64,000 nucleotides of DNA from Planctomycetota bacterium (GCA_965223265.1 OZ244999.1:1024001-1088000), one strand, 5' to 3'; positions 37,446 through 47,518 are shown, numbered from the stretch's first letter. Program-made: numbers and translations. The notes: a model not told the origin generated them from the sequence alone.

Positions 37446-40367
37446 CTAATCCTTCGTTAGTGGTTCTCGAATCGGGCGAACGGGTCTCACGCCAATGCTT
37501 CCGGAGCGAGAGCCAAGCGAAGGCCAAGCGGGGTCGTTAAGCTCTGCCTTGATAGCCAAGTCACGGAACGACCCTCCGAATGCGCGTCCCGGTTTCAGAA
37601 AATCCCCGACCGCGCCTTTCGAGTGGTCAAGAGGCCTTCCCGGATTCTGAAACCTCTTCCTCCAAGAGCCCCTACAGAGCTCCCAGACGTTTCCGTGAAC
37701 GTCGTGAATCCCAAACGCGTTCGCGTCAAACAAGCCCACTGGTGCGTGGAGTAGGTATCCGTCGTCAAGCCACGTGTCGAATTCTTGCTCGTTGCCAAAC
37801 CCACCCGCGTTGCGACTGAAAAGGTCACGGACATTTGCTCTGCCGCGAAGTGTCTTCGGGTCGTCTCCACTCTCAAATCCAGAGAACGCCCCACACCCAG
37901 CAAGCCATAGCCACTCGGCACGTTTGGGGACCGCGAGGCCACTGGCGCCTAATACTTTCGTGGCCTCTTCTGTCGAGATGCCTTCTACTGGGTGTCGCCA
38001 AGTGATTTTTTTACCGGCTACCGTGATACCAGCGCCAAAATGACTCGGGTTTCTCTGAGTGAGCGTCTGCCAATTGTGCTGTGTCATCTCGAACTTTGAC
38101 GCAAAGAAGGCTCTCAGCCGCTTTACACTTTCCTTCTCTCCTTTTGTCCTTGGCCTCGGCGGAAGAAGTACAAAGACAAGGCACGTTCTCTCGGTGACGA
38201 CAAGCCGACCGTCTTCACCTCGTGTTGGAACGTCGCCGGTTTCTGGGTGAGCGAACTCAAACAGCCCAGAATCGGGGTCTACTCCAAGAGGAAGCAGTCC
38301 GAACTGAGGTTCGAGCGTCAAGCCACTGTATCTCGCGTTTGCCCTAATCGAATCTGTAACCTCCCCCCAGCGCGTGGCCCACTCAGGAACTGCGAGCGAA
38401 AGGTCTCCCGCAAGAAAACGCTTCTCGGCCCTTCTCAAGAGCCCAGGAACCGGTGCTTCAAACAGCATCGCCCTTAGCTCAAGAACAAGCGTAGCAAGCG
38501 TATCGTGAGCGAACTGGTCTTTTTTCGAAGTGAACTCGTAGTGGCCAAATTGTTTGAGCTTTTTCCTAAGGCCGTTTCTCCGCTGCCTTGCCATACGTCG
38601 CCGATTCTTCAAAGTCTCAAGTCGCGCGGTGAAGATGGACTCTGACGTAAACGCTACGTGACTAACTCGATGTCGCCTGAGTTGACGCATTTCTGCCTCA
38701 ACGCCTAGCCCTTCCTCTGTTGTCTCCTCCAGGGCCTTTGCAAATGGGAGGTAATCAATCGCTGCTCTGCTTCGAAGGTGCTTCCCGTCTACCGGTTGCC
38801 CTCTCTTTCGCAGTTCCTCAAGTCGCCTTTCATACTCCGGCAGGCCGCTAAGTGCAGCATTCGCGTCTCGCAGGAACCGGTCGAGGACCGAGAGGCTTTC
38901 TTCGGACCCAAGACTTTCCGCCCTTCGTTCCAGGTCGAGGAGAACTTTCAAGTCAGTCAGCTGTACGATTTCTTCTCTAGCCTTCGTTCGAATGAAGGTA
39001 ACGACAGCTACGGAAACGACGACAACAAGGAAGAGCGAAGCAAGAAACAAGGCTGCCGCGCGGTTTCGCTTGACCCATTTTCTAAGTTCAGGAACTGCGC
39101 CCTGGTGGTGAGCCCGCACCACTCGGTCGTCAAGAAAATCCTGTAAGTCCGCCCCAAGCTCTCCCATGGAGGAGTAACGATTCGCAGTGTCACGCTCCAT
39201 CGCGCGCTGACAGATGCTCACAAGTTCCGGCGGAGTCTTCGGAGCGAGTCGTTCTACGGCGACTGGTGGTCCAGAGCGTACCCTCTGAAGCACTCTCGCA
39301 GGAGTTGTCTCGCTCCGGTCGCCTTCAGCTGTGGAGTACGGCACCTGCCCTGTCAGAAGGGTGTAGAGCATGGCACCAACCGCGTACACGTCGGTACGCG
39401 GGCCTACGAGCTCAGGATTCCCTTCAGCTTGCTCTGGAGCCATAAAAGGCGGCGTGCCAAGCACAGCGCCATAAGCGGTGAGCTCTGTGTCATCTCCTTC
39501 GAGAGGTGTGTCGGGGCTATCGCCCCGGCGCACTTCTTGAACCAGGGCGCGGCCCGAGTCAACTTCACGGGCAAGCCCCCAGTCCATCACGTACAGCTCG
39601 CCAAAGGCCCCGACCATTACGTTGGTTGGCTTTACGTCGCGGTGGACAACACCTCGTGAATGCGCGTGCTCGAGCGCATGGCAAACCTGAACAAGAAGGC
39701 CAATCACACGAGCAAGACTCCACTCGGCGCCACCTCTGCGGTACTTCTCGAAGACCGCGTCGAGAGTCATCCCACTAACAAGCGGCATGGTAAAAAAACG
39801 GTGCCCCTCAGGGTCGGACCCAACGTCAAGCACCTGGACGATACCGGGGTGGTCAAGCTTCGCTCCGATTCTCGCTTCGCGAAGGAAGCGAAGAGCTGCT
39901 TCAAGGTGCGCCTCGCCTGAATCCATACGGGGGAGCAGTACCTTAATGGCGACCCTTCGCCCAAGGTCAGCATCTCGCGCTGAAAGAACAACGCTCATCC
40001 CGCCGCGTGCAACCACACCTTCAACAAGGTATCGCTTTAGCGACTGCGACGAATACGTGGGCTTGCGCTCGATGAGATTCGCAAGCTCCTCGGTTGAGAC
40101 AGACGGAGACTCGCCATGCAGTGCGCGGGCAACCGAATTCTGAAGTTCGCTCTCGCAACCTGACGGTGTGGTCGCTGTTGTGACACCCGCTTCGAGGCTA
40201 CCGGCAAAGGAGTGAAGGAATCTCAAGCCCTCTTCTACGCTAGAGTGAGCGGTGCAGTATGACTCGAAATCGACGGCTTCTCCCGCGCGCTTCCGTCTTA
40301 GGTAATTGGAGTAGAGCTCTTCTGCGCTTTGAGGTCTTGAGGGTGGACGGTCTCTGCTGTCGTTCAT
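37446..40367 (-). CDS. Ser/Thr protein kinase with TM segment and C-terminal FGE-sulfatase-like domain
   Basis: ARGGMSVV, VAIK, HRDVKPTN, DWGLA, GTPPFMAPEQ; SKFEMTQ, NAFGIHDVHGNVWE, IGVRPVR. Confidence 0.92.
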   Translation of the reverse strand: MNDSRDRPPSRPQSAEELYSNYLRRKRAGEAVDFESYCTAHSSVEEGLRFLHSFAGSLEAGVTTATTPSGCESELQNSVARALHGESPSVSTEELANLIERKPTYSSQSLKRYLVEGVVARGGMSVVLSARDADLGRRVAIKVLLPRMDSGEAHLEAALRFLREARIGAKLDHPGIVQVLDVGSDPEGHRFFTMPLVSGMTLDAVFEKYRRGGAEWSLARVIGLLVQVCHALEHAHSRGVVHRDVKPTNVMVGAFGELYVMDWGLAREVDSGRALVQEVRRGDSPDTPLEGDDTELTAYGAVLGTPPFMAPEQAEGNPELVGPRTDVYAVGAMLYTLLTGQVPYSTAEGDRSETTPARVLQRVRSGPPVAVERLAPKTPPELVSICQRAMERDTANRYSSMGELGADLQDFLDDRVVRAHHQGAVPELRKWVKRNRAAALFLASLFLVVVVSVAVVTFIRTKAREEIVQLTDLKVLLDLERRAESLGSEESLSVLDRFLRDANAALSGLPEYERRLEELRKRGQPVDGKHLRSRAAIDYLPFAKALEETTEEGLGVEAEMRQLRRHRVSHVAFTSESIFTARLETLKNRRRMARQRRNGLRKKLKQFGHYEFTSKKDQFAHDTLATLVLELRAMLFEAPVPGLLRRAEKRFLAGDLSLAVPEWATRWGEVTDSIRANARYSGLTLEPQFGLLPLGVDPDSGLFEFAHPETGDVPTRGEDGRLVVTERTCLVFVLLPPRPRTKGEKESVKRLRAFFASKFEMTQHNWQTLTQRNPSHFGAGITVAGKKITWRHPVEGISTEEATKVLGASGLAVPKRAEWLWLAGCGAFSGFESGDDPKTLRGRANVRDLFSRNAGGFGNEQEFDTWLDDGYLLHAPVGLFDANAFGIHDVHGNVWELCRGSWRKRFQNPGRPLDHSKGAVGDFLKPGRAFGGSFRDLAIKAELNDPAWPSLGSRSGSIGVRPVRPIREPLTKD

Positions 40368-40842
40368 TGGGCCATGAGTGGAACATCAAAACCAGAGTGA
40401 CTGAAGCCTGCATATTCTACCGCAGCGCTATCACGCGAAACCAGAGACAGGCTTCCTCGCATGTCGAGTCGCTGCGGCCGCTGACAGAATCAATCGTCTA
40501 GAGACGCCTGGAGAGCTTTGACTCGTGTGCCCGTCACAACGAATCCTCACCTCCACCACTCGGCGTGTCGAAACGTGCGCAGGAAGTCAGGGCTGCAGAG
40601 CTCCTGTATCCGCTCTCAACGTCGAAAACCAACTGGCGAATATTCGACTCTTTTGCGCCCAGGCGGGCGCTGGGTGTGTGACAACTCTTCCTGTATGTGG
40701 GCCCCGTGGGCCGGTCTGCCCCGATTATCTTAAGAACGCGAACCGTGAGACACTTGCCGTAGACAAGGTAGGTCGATACACGGATTTCGCATGGGGTTTT
40801 TGTGGGGGCAAACCACGTCCTTTTTTCACAGGAGACTTCGCA

Positions 40843-41235
40843 ATGTCGAACTTCAACAAAGTCATTCTCATGGGTCGTCTCACCGCTACGCCTGAGTGTC
40901 GCTACACGCCGCAAGGTACGGCCGTGACCGACCTCTCTCTCGCCATCAACCGCAAGTACCGCGCCGGTGGCGAGGGCGGCGAGCTCAAGGACGAGGTGAC
41001 CTTCGTTGACGTCACGTTCTGGGGCAAGCAGGCAGAGACTATCTGTCAGTACACGGACAAGGGCACTTCGCTTCACGTCGAGGGCCGTCTCTCGCTTGAG
41101 ACCTGGGAGAAAGACGGTGAGAACCGCCAGAAGCTCAAGGTCACGGGCGAGAACTTCCAGTTCCTCGGTTCGGGTAACGGCAACCGCGACACCGCGGACG
41201 CCACCGCCCAGGAGCCCGCTACCGCCGGGGTGTAG
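40843..41235 (+). CDS. ssb: Single-stranded DNA-binding protein, copy 2
   Basis: MSNFNKVILMGRLT, FWGKQAE, VEGRL; same RBS as copy 1, protein diverged at over 20 residues. Confidence 0.95.
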   Translation: MSNFNKVILMGRLTATPECRYTPQGTAVTDLSLAINRKYRAGGEGGELKDEVTFVDVTFWGKQAETICQYTDKGTSLHVEGRLSLETWEKDGENRQKLKVTGENFQFLGSGNGNRDTADATAQEPATAGV

Positions 41236-41248
41236 TCCCGGCACTTTA

Positions 41249-41312
41249 GTAGGGAAGTCCCTTCGCATGGACTTTTGGGGAAGCGTGTCGCTTCCCCGCC
41301 CTACCTTGTCTA
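41249..41312 (+). other. Conserved three-stem structure downstream of ssb copy 2
   Basis: Stems GTAGGG/CCCTAC, AAGTCC/GGACTT and GGGGAAGCG/CGCTTCCCC. Confidence 0.7.
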
Positions 41313-41410
41313 TCTCTTAAAACGTTTCCGTATCTGTAAACCATTAGCTCTCCAAAAAATCGGGTTTGAAGTCCCGCGGTGTCTGTGGACTCTTGTTCCC
41401 GCGGCTCTTT

Positions 41411-41796
41411 TCATTTGAGCTCGACAGTCTTTAGCGGCACAAGCGTTTCGGTTGAGAAGTCAGCTCGAGCGTTTATCCGTTGCAGCGGGAAGTGGCCAAT
41501 CAAGGCTTCAAAGTCTCTTCCGTTTGGCTCCATTTCGACAAAGAGCACTTCGCCGCTTACCCAAGGGAAGTCTCCAATCTGGTAGCGACAGGCCCGCAGA
41601 CTTCTCCCGGCTTCTTTGAGCCGTCACCAAGTTCGACTGTGACCTCTCGGCTAAGCGAGAGCTCACCGAACTTCTCTCGCCACGCAGCTGGTAGCGTAAG
41701 GAAGCGAGCGGCGCTATCGACTGTTGCTGGAAACGAGTGCGAGAGCTCTGGCTGTAAGGCGTTTTTGACGGTGACGTTTGCTACGATAAGGCCCAT
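41411..41796 (-). pseudogene. Clan AA aspartyl-protease-like protein, frameshifted
   Basis: MGLIVANVTVKN..ATVDSAA..LTLP..GEVCGPV; the shifted frame from ~41583 gives QIGDFPWVSGEVLFVEM..EALIGH..TVELK*. Confidence 0.7.
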
Positions 41797-42006
41797 GCGA
41801 GTGTCATAGCACAGACAAACGGGAAGCACCAAACCGCACCGAACGGACGCTCTCTCACGTTTAAAAGTTGGGCTCTTACCTTATGTGGCCGCAACGAATC
41901 GTGCGAGAGAGCCAAATTCAGACGGCCGTTTCTCACCGATTTCCCATTTTTCTGGCAAAAGAGGCCTGAGTTCTTGTCCCTACATGGGTAGGAGGCAAGC
42001 ACACTC

Positions 42007-42174
42007 ATGCAAAGCGAAAACGAGCCGACAAAAGAAGAGCTCGCGAGAAGACTGACTGCGCTCTTACGGAAGAACCCAGAGATTCTTTGTGAGCTTAAGC
42101 GTCGAATCGAAGAAGAAGAGATTGTCTCTTGGGACGACGAAGAGAGCGGCGGTAGCCGTGGTGAGGGTGAGTAA
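42007..42174 (+). CDS. Small hypothetical protein (55 aa)
   Basis: AGGAGG RBS; MQSENEPTKEELARRLTALLRKNPEILCELKRRIEEEEIVSW. Confidence 0.5.
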   Translation: MQSENEPTKEELARRLTALLRKNPEILCELKRRIEEEEIVSWDDEESGGSRGEGE

Positions 42175-42200
42175 GAACGGTCTGTGTGCTACTCTGGGCC

Positions 42201-44504
42201 ATGGCAGAGCAGTACCGCCAAGCAACCATATTTGAGCTCGTAGAAAGCGCGCCTCAGACCGCTGAAGAAGAAGCGCCACCCACCGCAGAAGCGGGAGCCG
42301 CGGTCGAGCCAGAGGAGACGGCCGAAAAACCCAACCGCATACCGCGCGGACCCTACACCGTCGAAGACTTCCAAGCCTACCGCGAAAGACTCTTAGCTGG
42401 AAAGGTCACAGCAGAAGAACACAAGCAAGAGCTTGCGCGTCTTCTCGCAAAGCGCGAACACTTCGTTTCTGCCCTCGTGTCAGAGCACAACGCAGACGCG
42501 CTAAAGCGCATGGCGCGCCGCCTTGGTGAATGGGACTGGAGGAGTAACACGAAGGAAAAAAACGCTTGCGCCATTCACCACCGGCTTGCCCAAAGCTTCG
42601 TTGTCACTGACTCCTTTCAGTGGTCACCGACTGAAGAGAGTTACGAGGACGCGTTAACGCGGATTGTAGCTCAAGTGACTGACGCAGAGCTTGCCGCGTA
42701 CGTAGTGCAACAGGTAGCGATTGAAGAAAGGCGAGAGCAAGCACAGGCAGAGCGCACAGCGCGTAACGAAAAAGCGCTCGAGAATCCAGAGACAGTTGAA
42801 GAGTTTGAAATCTTTGTCCGCAGACACGCAGACGGTGAGCGCGGACTTTCGCCAGAGCAGCTTGAAACGTTCGATAGGCTACGCGCTGAACAGTCGCGCG
42901 CGGCGCGCCGAGACAGCAAGCAGTCGGCGACTGTGGAGCGAATCGAGGCAGACGACGGCGTTCAAATGACGCTCACTGAAACAGAGCACACTCGAGATAA
43001 GCACGCCCTTTTTGTGGTGCAGCTCTCAAGTCGCGTTCCTACCGACAAGTTCCGTGAGATTCGTGGCAAAGCAAAGCAGCTCTCTGGCTGGTACTCGCGC
43101 TTTGCGCGTGGTGGTGCTGTGCCAGGCTTTCAGTTTAGAAGCAAAGAGAACGCAGAGGCGTTCATGAGCTTACTCGGTGGTGACGTTGACCGCTCTGGCG
43201 TGCTCGAGGAGCGCCGTCGGCGTAAAGAGCTTTCAGCTGGTGGCAGGTTGCTTTCGCTCGCTGACTCACTCGAAGAGAAGGCAAGAGAAGAGCTTGGAGC
43301 CGACCGACTTGAGAACACAGTGCGCCGCGCAGGCATGGCAGCCGGTATCCGCGGGAGAGCAAGGGCTGACATTGCACTTGCAGAGAACACTCGCCAAATC
43401 GGTCAAGCACTTGAAGCAGGCACAGCCGTATTCCTTGACGGAGTGAGAAACAGAGCGCAAGTGTCGCTACTTGTTGGAACGCTTCGCCGCGCGGTGTACG
43501 CCCGCGAAAGAAAGGAACGTGAAGGAAAAGAGCACAACCCATGGGAGACCTGGACAGAGCCAGGTGACGAGATTCGGTCTACGACAGCTGACATTCCGTT
43601 TCTTGAGTACCCCTACCCAGTCATTCACGCTTCCTGTCTTTCGCGAACCATAGCGCAGGCGCGAAACCGGTCTGGCATGAAAATGCGGGCTGACCGAATG
43701 GCCAAACGCTTAGAGGGTCTTGACGAGTACGCGCTCGTTCCGTTTGAAGAGGAGCGAGACATTGACGAGCTCTTAGAATTTATCGGGAAAGCGAAAGACA
43801 AGCGCGTTGACACAGAGTGGATTGAGCGCGGCGTAGAAAATTTTAAGCGTATGCGCGCAGCGAACATTCACACGCTACCAGAGCTTCGCTCTGCCGCGCG
43901 CGAGCTCTTGCCAATCCTTGCTGCTCCAGAAGAAGAGAACCCGATTAAGGCAGCAGAGCGCGAGCTCATTGGACGAGATATCCCCGGCTTCTTCCCTACT
44001 CCACCAGCTGTGATTCACCAAATACTTTCGCTTGCAGAGATAGAGCCAGGCCACAGGGTTTTGGAACCTTCGTGCGGTAAGGGCGACATTATGGACGCGG
44101 TGTCTCGCGAGCACCCAGAGGCGCAGCTTACTGGAATTGAATTCTCAAGCTCGCTGCTTGATATCCTCGAAGCAAAAGGCCATGAGGTAAGCCAAGGAGA
44201 TTTTCTTGAAGCTTCCGGTGACTACGACCGCGTTGTCATGAACCCGCCGTTTGAATGTGGCGCAGACATTGACCACGTGCGCCACGCTTACGAGCGGCTT
44301 GCACCAGGTGGCCGCGTTGTTGCAATCATGAGCGAGGGCCCGTTCTTTAGGGAGGACCACAAGTCGCGCGCGTTTCGTACGTGGCTTGAAGAAAAAGGTG
44401 GCACTTCAGAGAAGCTACCTGACGGTTCTTTTACTGGTAACGACGCCTTTCGTCAGACAGGTGTCTCTACGCGCATTGTCACCATTGAAAGGCCAAGGGA
44501 GTAG
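42201..44504 (+). CDS. Large MGE protein with C-terminal N6-adenine DNA methyltransferase-like domain
   Basis: FFPTP, VLEPSCGKG (motif I), VVMNPPF (motif IV), LAPGGRVVAIM. Confidence 0.85.
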   Translation: MAEQYRQATIFELVESAPQTAEEEAPPTAEAGAAVEPEETAEKPNRIPRGPYTVEDFQAYRERLLAGKVTAEEHKQELARLLAKREHFVSALVSEHNADALKRMARRLGEWDWRSNTKEKNACAIHHRLAQSFVVTDSFQWSPTEESYEDALTRIVAQVTDAELAAYVVQQVAIEERREQAQAERTARNEKALENPETVEEFEIFVRRHADGERGLSPEQLETFDRLRAEQSRAARRDSKQSATVERIEADDGVQMTLTETEHTRDKHALFVVQLSSRVPTDKFREIRGKAKQLSGWYSRFARGGAVPGFQFRSKENAEAFMSLLGGDVDRSGVLEERRRRKELSAGGRLLSLADSLEEKAREELGADRLENTVRRAGMAAGIRGRARADIALAENTRQIGQALEAGTAVFLDGVRNRAQVSLLVGTLRRAVYARERKEREGKEHNPWETWTEPGDEIRSTTADIPFLEYPYPVIHASCLSRTIAQARNRSGMKMRADRMAKRLEGLDEYALVPFEEERDIDELLEFIGKAKDKRVDTEWIERGVENFKRMRAANIHTLPELRSAARELLPILAAPEEENPIKAAERELIGRDIPGFFPTPPAVIHQILSLAEIEPGHRVLEPSCGKGDIMDAVSREHPEAQLTGIEFSSSLLDILEAKGHEVSQGDFLEASGDYDRVVMNPPFECGADIDHVRHAYERLAPGGRVVAIMSEGPFFREDHKSRAFRTWLEEKGGTSEKLPDGSFTGNDAFRQTGVSTRIVTIERPRE

Positions 44505-44525
44505 CAACAGCGGTTCTTGTGGGGC

Positions 44526-44741
44526 CTACGACTTACGAACAGCTTTCAGCAACGCTCTGCGTGGACCTCTTGGCAGGTCAGCAAGAAACTTCTGTCGCTC
44601 TTCAGCGTTCAGACTCAGGAAGTGCTCTCTTTCCTCGGCGAGCGTTCTCTGCACACCCTGTCTTGAACCAAAGGCCTCAAGCTGTCCCAATCGGGTTCGC
44701 TTGTCGCCCTTGTTCTTGGGATATCCGGTTAGGTCTGACAT
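44526..44741 (-). CDS. Small hypothetical protein
   Basis: 71 aa ORF, co-directional with the upstream genes. Confidence 0.4.
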   Translation of the reverse strand: MSDLTGYPKNKGDKRTRLGQLEAFGSRQGVQRTLAEEREHFLSLNAEERQKFLADLPRGPRRALLKAVRKS

Positions 44742-44791
44742 GGCCCCGACGATACCACAAGGCGCAATCTAAAGTCACGAACCACGGAGCG

Positions 44792-45544
44792 CTACCCAGC
44801 GTAGGTCTTACCGCGAAGCTCAAGCTCGCGTGCAATATTCTCAACGCTTAAATGCAGCAGGTCTGAAAGGCCAGACTCAGCGCGGTAATCAGCAGCAACG
44901 ACGTGCGAAACGCGGCCGTCTTGCGAATACTCCCAGGCGTGTTTCCGCTTTCGGCGCTTCTCGCGGTCATACACAGCGACAGGCACACCGCCCTCTTTCT
45001 TCACCAAAGTAAAGCACGGAATGTCTGTGTAGCCGTCACCGACAAACACAAGCTGAGAGAACGGAATACGGAGCTGCCCTGGTGCAAACTTTTGGTTCAC
45101 ACCGAAAGGTTTGCTTCGAGCACCAGGCCCAATCAAGCCTTTGGAAATCTGAAACAGAAAACGGGTCTTATCGGTGAAGCTTACGACGTTCTTAATGACT
45201 CGAATCTCACCGTCTTCTGCGTACGCGAAATCGCTTGCGAAGATATCGGTGAATTCTTCTGCAATCGCCGTGTGACGCAGTACCTCACCGATACCGCTGC
45301 TTACCACGTAGAACTCAAGCTCACAATTAACGCCCGCGGCGTGCTCTCGCAGCCGCGAGAAGATTTCAGGCGCACCCTCATAGAACGTCACCTCCGGCCC
45401 AAACGAAGCAAGTGAATCTTTCGTTATGGGGTGAGCACCGTTACGCGTAGCGTCAATCATTTGGTTAAGGTACGCAGTGGTTGAATCAGGCCCAAGGGTA
45501 TCGTCAAAGTCAAAGACGATTGCGATTCGGTTTGGTTCTTTCAT
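44792..45544 (-). CDS. HAD-superfamily hydrolase (possibly with an internal in-frame deletion)
   Basis: VFDFDDTL, YVVSSG, FTDKTRFLF, FVGDGYTDIPC. Confidence 0.85.
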   Translation of the reverse strand: MKEPNRIAIVFDFDDTLGPDSTTAYLNQMIDATRNGAHPITKDSLASFGPEVTFYEGAPEIFSRLREHAAGVNCELEFYVVSSGIGEVLRHTAIAEEFTDIFASDFAYAEDGEIRVIKNVVSFTDKTRFLFQISKGLIGPGARSKPFGVNQKFAPGQLRIPFSQLVFVGDGYTDIPCFTLVKKEGGVPVAVYDREKRRKRKHAWEYSQDGRVSHVVAADYRAESGLSDLLHLSVENIARELELRGKTYAG

Positions 45545-45548
45545 GGCG

Positions 45549-46226
45549 TTACGCTGCGGAAGCAGTGGTAGACCGTTTCTTTTCTCCCTTCTTCGGCTTC
45601 CACTTGCCGCGCCTTGCGCTTCCGCTAAAACGAAGGGCCCGATAAAGGCTTGCTGTTGCTCTAACGTCAGAAGGAGCGTCATGAGCGCCTGTCATTTTTC
45701 GCCCGAGGTGGTTAAGCACGGTCTCGAGTTTCCAGTCTTTGGGGGGCCGTCTGTTCTTCTCAAGGAAGTACCACATGACTCGCTGCATGACGCACACGAC
45801 GTGAAAGTCTGAAGGCAAGAACGAGTCCATGCGGTCGTACCAGGCACGGAGGAAAGGAGCGTCAAAGGCAGAGTTGTACGCAGCAAGTTGCGCCACGTAG
45901 TAGGGCTTACCAGCCTTTGATTCTTTTCTGATTGAGGCGTGACGCTTAAGGAACGCGGTGAACTGCTTTTGAGCTTCACGCTCTGAGACTGCTTCCGCTT
46001 CCCAGGCCGATTCGTCGTAGGAATTGACTTCGAGCGCAACGGGTGACGCAGCTTCCTTATCGAACCTGACTTTCACTTCGAAGGATTCAACGGAGCGTAA
46101 ACGCTCGTCGAGTGCAACGGCACCGATTTGGATTATTTGGTCGTCGTCAGGCGAGAGCCCGGTAGTTTCTAAGTCGAAGACTACTATGCGTTTTTTCGAT
46201 AAAACAGCCACCCCCCAGAGTAGCAC
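45549..46226 (-). CDS. DEDDh 3'-5' exonuclease (DnaQ-like)
   Basis: VFDLETTG, AYNSAFD, AHDAPSDV. Confidence 0.9.
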   Translation of the reverse strand: MLLWGVAVLSKKRIVVFDLETTGLSPDDDQIIQIGAVALDERLRSVESFEVKVRFDKEAASPVALEVNSYDESAWEAEAVSEREAQKQFTAFLKRHASIRKESKAGKPYYVAQLAAYNSAFDAPFLRAWYDRMDSFLPSDFHVVCVMQRVMWYFLEKNRRPPKDWKLETVLNHLGRKMTGAHDAPSDVRATASLYRALRFSGSARRGKWKPKKGEKKRSTTASAA

Positions 46227-46301
46227 GGGCTGTTTTTGTACTCAAACGCAGGTGCGCGAGAGGTAGGTGTTGTGAGAACCCTTACACTCTCGCATGAGAG
46301 G

Positions 46302-46532
46302 TTACGTCGCTTGTTCCTGGCCAAGAAGTTCGACACCACTTAGCGCGAAAGTCTCGACCCAGGACCCGTGACAGTCGTTACAGAAAACCCGTTGAGTGAC
46401 TCTTCCGCTTTCAGGCATGTCAAAGCTTTCGCCTTCCAGGTCCCCGCCCTCACAGTAAGGGCAGCTACCGCCGCCACCCTTTACGAAAGCGTCAAGGTCA
46501 ATGTCCTGGGGCTTTGGTTTGTTGTCGGACAT
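46302..46532 (-). CDS. Small Zn-ribbon protein
   Basis: CPYC...CNDCHGSW. Confidence 0.65.
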   Translation of the reverse strand: MSDNKPKPQDIDLDAFVKGGGGSCPYCEGGDLEGESFDMPESGRVTQRVFCNDCHGSWVETFALSGVELLGQEQAT

Positions 46533-46621
46533 GAGGAGAACCTTTGCCTCTCTCCTCGCGCGCACCATGCGAAAAGAGTAGCACAGGTAGGATTCTTACG
46601 CGCAGCAGCGGCTTTCAAGAA

Positions 46622-47518
46622 CTATGCGATACGCTTCAATGGGCGTTCAAGCCAGGCTGCGCACCGTCGTAGCTCGTAAACCTTCGACACGAATTCGTCA
46701 AGTTCAGTACTGTACTCCTCAAGAACGCCCACGAATGGTGTGAGGCCTTCGTCAAGCTCTGGAACAGAGAAAGAGGCCGAGCCAAGCGTTGCTGCATGGT
46801 TTCTCAGTCCAAGTAATGCGTTCAGGTATCCTCTACTCGACTGGAATGCTTCCCGAAGTTCCGCGCCAATCGAGAGAATCTTTTTCGCCACTGTCTTTCC
46901 TATCTCGGTGTAAGAGGCGTCATGGATAGCGTCCACGGCCAAACCTCGGACAAAGAAGCGCCCTTCGTGCTCGAGCACAATCTCGAAAGGGTCTATGCGG
47001 CTCTGGAAGTAGCGAATGCGGCTATGCTCGGACTGCGGCTGGACGGTGCTATGCTCTCGGCCTAAACGAGAAACGGCTGCCTCAAGGTGCCGAAGCTTTT
47101 CTACGAAGTACTCGACCTCAAAGAACAGGTACGGTCCTGCGCCAAGCTCGTCCACGGCATGGTAAAGCGCTCGGCCAAGGGTCTCATGAACTGGGCCTTC
47201 GCCTTCAATGCGAATCCCTCGAACATTGCGCTTCGAGCAAAACGTGTGGACTGAGTGAGCCCACCGCGACGTAGCTTCTACAACAGGCAATACGTCTTCT
47301 ACGTAAGGAGAGAGGTTGCGATAGGCAGACAGTAGCGGTACCAGTTCGGCTCGAGGAAGTTCCGCGAATGGGTTTGGCACACCGTAGTCAAGTCCGTCAG
47401 CGTCAAAGCACTTGAGGAGCTCAGGGTACGATTGCCCGTCTGCCCAATACGACTCACCGTCAAAGACAACAATTTCACGCCAGTCGAATTCATTGTGAAA
47501 AAATCGAACACCTGTCAC
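46622..47518 (-). CDS. Hypothetical protein
   Basis: 298 aa ORF downstream of the T4CP gene. Confidence 0.65.
   Translation of the reverse strand: MTGVRFFHNEFDWREIVVFDGESYWADGQSYPELLKCFDADGLDYGVPNPFAELPRAELVPLLSAYRNLSPYVEDVLPVVEATSRWAHSVHTFCSKRNVRGIRIEGEGPVHETLGRALYHAVDELGAGPYLFFEVEYFVEKLRHLEAAVSRLGREHSTVQPQSEHSRIRYFQSRIDPFEIVLEHEGRFFVRGLAVDAIHDASYTEIGKTVAKKILSIGAELREAFQSSRGYLNALLGLRNHAATLGSASFSVPELDEGLTPFVGVLEEYSTELDEFVSKVYELRRCAAWLERPLKRIA

Larger units (their letters stand above)
40634..41340 (+). repeat. Long direct repeat copy 2 (structured leader + ssb + structured trailer)
   Basis: Homologous to 25449..26164; about 110 nt of the leader are identical. Confidence 0.95.

Noticed and set aside
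40525-40842. N-terminal extension making ssb copy 2 a 236 aa protein
   Set aside because: The AGGAG RBS and ATG at 40843 match copy 1, and the extension is the conserved structured leader, which is not in the ssb ORF of copy 1.
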